Positions 61,349 to 64,000 of a stretch of DNA of 64,000 nucleotides are shown one piece after another. Position 1 is the first letter of the stretch, and each line of letters begins with the position of its first letter. This DNA comes from Vezdaea acicularis. Taxonomy: Eukaryota. Both the position numbers and the translations under genes were made by a program. The stretch is from contig JAPEUI010000014.1 in NCBI GenBank assembly GCA_026025075.1, forward strand, positions 1-64,000. Direction: 5' to 3'. The notes below the pieces were generated by a model, which had not been told where the DNA came from, searched no databases, and saw only the letters and a program-made list of their open reading frames with translations.

Positions 61349-62998
61349 CTAGAAGACGCTCTCGACGACGCGCGCCACGCGATCGACGATATCCTCCACC
61401 ACGTCCTTCGTGATGTTATACGCGGGGGCAATCAAGACATGCTGGCCTAGTACACCATCGACGCAGCCGGCGCCGGGGTAGATGGAGATATTGAAGGGTT
61501 CGCGCATGGCGCGGTCGTGGATTTCCTGGGCGATGCCAAGAGTGGCGGGGAAGGGGTCTTTGGTCTTTTTATCGCGGACGAACTCGATGCCCCAGAATAA
61601 GCCCCGGCCGCGTATATCGCCTACATGCGCATGCGGCCCAAGTCTCTCTTTCAACTTCTTTTCGAGAAGCGCGCCCATGTTCTTGACGTTCGCTACTAAC
61701 CCTTCGTCGCGGATGATGCGTTGCACCTCGACGGCGGCGGCGCATGCGAGGGGGTGGCCCTGGTAGGTCTGGCCGTGCGAGAAACTGCCGCTTCCCTTCT
61801 CCAAGGCGTTGATGATGCGGTGGTTGATCAGGATCCCGGCGACGGGCGCGTAGCCCCCACCGAGGCCTTTGCCGATGGTTTGGATATCGGGGACGATGCC
61901 TTCCTGCTCCCAGGCATGAAGGGTTCCGCTTCGACCCATGCCGCACATGACTTCGTCGAGAATGAGGAGGGCGCCGTGCGCGTCGCAGACGGCTTTCATG
62001 GCTTTGAAATACCCGGGTACGGAGGGTACACAGCCCATTGCCTAGGGAAGGGGAAGGTGGTCAGTTTTGTGGGTTGGAAGACAGGGTAAGGAAAGATGAG
62101 GGGTTTGAAGAGGGTTAAAGGTCACAGGAGACTTACAGCGCCAACAACAGGCTCGGCCACAAACGCACACACGTTCTCGGGTCCCAGCCTTTGAAATTCA
62201 TCTTCGAGCTCCTGAGCCAGTCTCTCCACATACTGCTCCACGGTCTCACCCTCGTACATGCCGCGGTAAGCGTTGCAGGCTGAGACATGAGAGATGTTAG
62301 GGAGGAGCATAGGTTCGAATGATTTGCGGCGAGCAAGATGCCCGCCCATGGAGAGGGAGCCGATGGTCGTCCCATGGTAAGAATTTTGACGCGCAATGAA
62401 GCGCATGCGGTTTGGCTGTGGGGGGTGCTGCTCAAGGAAGAATTGGCGTGCAAGCTTCATCGCTGCTTCCATTGCTTCTGATCCTAGGGAGTTGTTAGCG
62501 TATTGTTATTGTGTTGCTAGGAGGGTGGAGGAAAGGAGATGACGAAGGCAGAGAGAAAGTAGATAACACAGAGAGCGAGATGCAAATACCTGAGCTGACG
62601 ATGAATGCTTTGGCCATTTCACCATTGGTAGAGTCTATAAGGAGCTTTCCCAAGGCCTCTGCGGAGGTGGTACTGAAAAATAGTGAGTGGCAGTAAGAGA
62701 CCTCGCTCATCTGGGCAACAACGGCCCTCTTGACACGTTCGTCGCCATGGCCTATTGCAGAAACCGCAGCCCCGCAAGTAGCGTCCAAGATCTTTTGACC
62801 ATTTGAGAGCGTCAGGTAGTTTCCGTAAGCTTTGGTCACACCAAGCGGAATAGTAGTGAGGCTTCTATGGAGCACTCCACTCGGAGGTAGCGAAGGACTC
62901 GTTGGTAGCGAAGCAGGCAGCAGAAACATGGATGCTTTGGCTGTGGGTTTGACACTGTGTAAGACCACCTCATTTTGACCAAGGCTTATAGGAGCCAT
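61349..62998 (-). CDS. Class III PLP-dependent aminotransferase
   Basis: DATCGAAV, SG|SEAMEAA, SYHGTT, AEPVVGA, LILDEVMCGMGRSG, TIGKGLGGG (PLP lysine) and HGQTY motifs. Two introns. Confidence 0.92.
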
Positions 62999-64000
62999 GG
63001 TTAGTTCAAGTCTGTCAACAGACTCGGATGTGAGTAATCCGGAGATGGCGTGGCAAGATGGATGATCACCTAGGTGCAGTGGTAAAAGGGGTAATTGATG
63101 GTCCTGGTTTTATGTGTAACGAAATCTCCAGGCCAAGCTCATGCTTTATATCGGTTGAGTAAAAGATCAGCTAGTCATCCGGGTGAAGCGTCCGCTCATA
63201 TGCGGTCTCTGCCACCTTAGTCTCCGTGCAAGAAACGCTTTAGCTGGCACCACCCTCCTTGAAGCTTTACCGATTAGAAGGGTTTCCGGCATTAAGGCAA
63301 GAACGGCTAGGAAAGATCTATTAAATCGGGATGCCGACGACATCATCCGCATCCCGGGAACAAGTGTGACTGCATGGAAAGGCAACGTGCTTGTAGACAT
63401 TTGGAAAAAAAGAGGTGTCGAGCCACCGAATCGAAGGCACGGCTTCTGCTTTTTGGCGGCTTCAGATCAACAACGCCGATCGAAGACAACCGGATCGTTG
63501 ATTATGAGCTACAGGGGCATGCTTCCCGTGTTGGTAAAAAGAGGCCAGCTTTGATTACCTCTTCAAGAATGGATATTCTCATTGAGCCCAAGATGGATTG
63601 ATGATCGTGCCGTATATGGGAGGCACAGGCACATGCACAGCCATTCACGGGAATAAAGAAACCGGTGATCTGCAAGATTCACGGGCCGGCTTGAGAGAAT
63701 CTATGATATCTTCAATTGGCGCAACGGGCGGGATGGCCGTTACCTTCCCTGTGTTCGCCCTAATCTAGAGAAGCTGATGATATCCTGACATCCATTCATA
63801 TACGTCATGGAATGAAGACCCCCCGTCGATTCGACTCAGCCGATGTCTTGGGAGACACCACTAAAGGCCGTCTAAGGGCGGCTACCCTGGACATGTTCCG
63901 GTCTACACGGATCGCTCTTATACGCGCGGCGTTTGCGTGATAGCGTCGGCATCGACTCTCTCGACCTTCACCCTCGGACCGAGCGGCAGCCAAGATGCTC

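Noticed and set aside
1..64000. tRNA, rRNA, snoRNA, riboswitch, CRISPR or intact transposon
   Set aside because: No convincing cloverleaf, box motifs, repeat-spacer array, terminal repeats or transposase/RT ORF seen by eye. A covariance-model search would be needed to exclude small ncRNAs.

Overview
Gene-dense, intron-containing nuclear DNA from a filamentous ascomycete (Pezizomycotina). This is inferred from short GT-AG introns with CTRAC/CTRAT branch sites and from typical fungal gene families. About 25 protein-coding genes, in order: DPR-repeat dehydrin-like protein (runs off the window start), small hypothetical protein, NAD(P)-binding protein, SDA1, HSPA12-like Hsp70, a divergent flavin-reductase-like / homoserine-acetyltransferase-like pair, RPS18, SDO1/SBDS, carboxypeptidase Y, an orphan, a small secreted 4-Cys protein, a Q/P-rich hypothetical protein, CPS1/DIP2, a gelsolin-repeat protein, ARL2, the divergent FTR1-FET3 iron-uptake pair, pyrG/URA3, SCS7, RBM39/Pad-1, DBP6, GPI3/PIG-A and a class III aminotransferase. 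No rRNA, tRNA, CRISPR or intact transposon was recognised. The most striking observation is in FET3: the copper-binding HCHIEWH motif can only be joined in frame by removing a 49-nt intron with AT...AC ends and U2-type internal signals (46361-46409). Also notable are a GC-AG intron in ARL2, three exact ATCAGATAA (SreA-type) sites between FTR1 and FET3, and a RIP-like degenerate coding relic near 51 kb. Exon boundaries were read by eye and gene identities rest on recognised motifs, not database searches.
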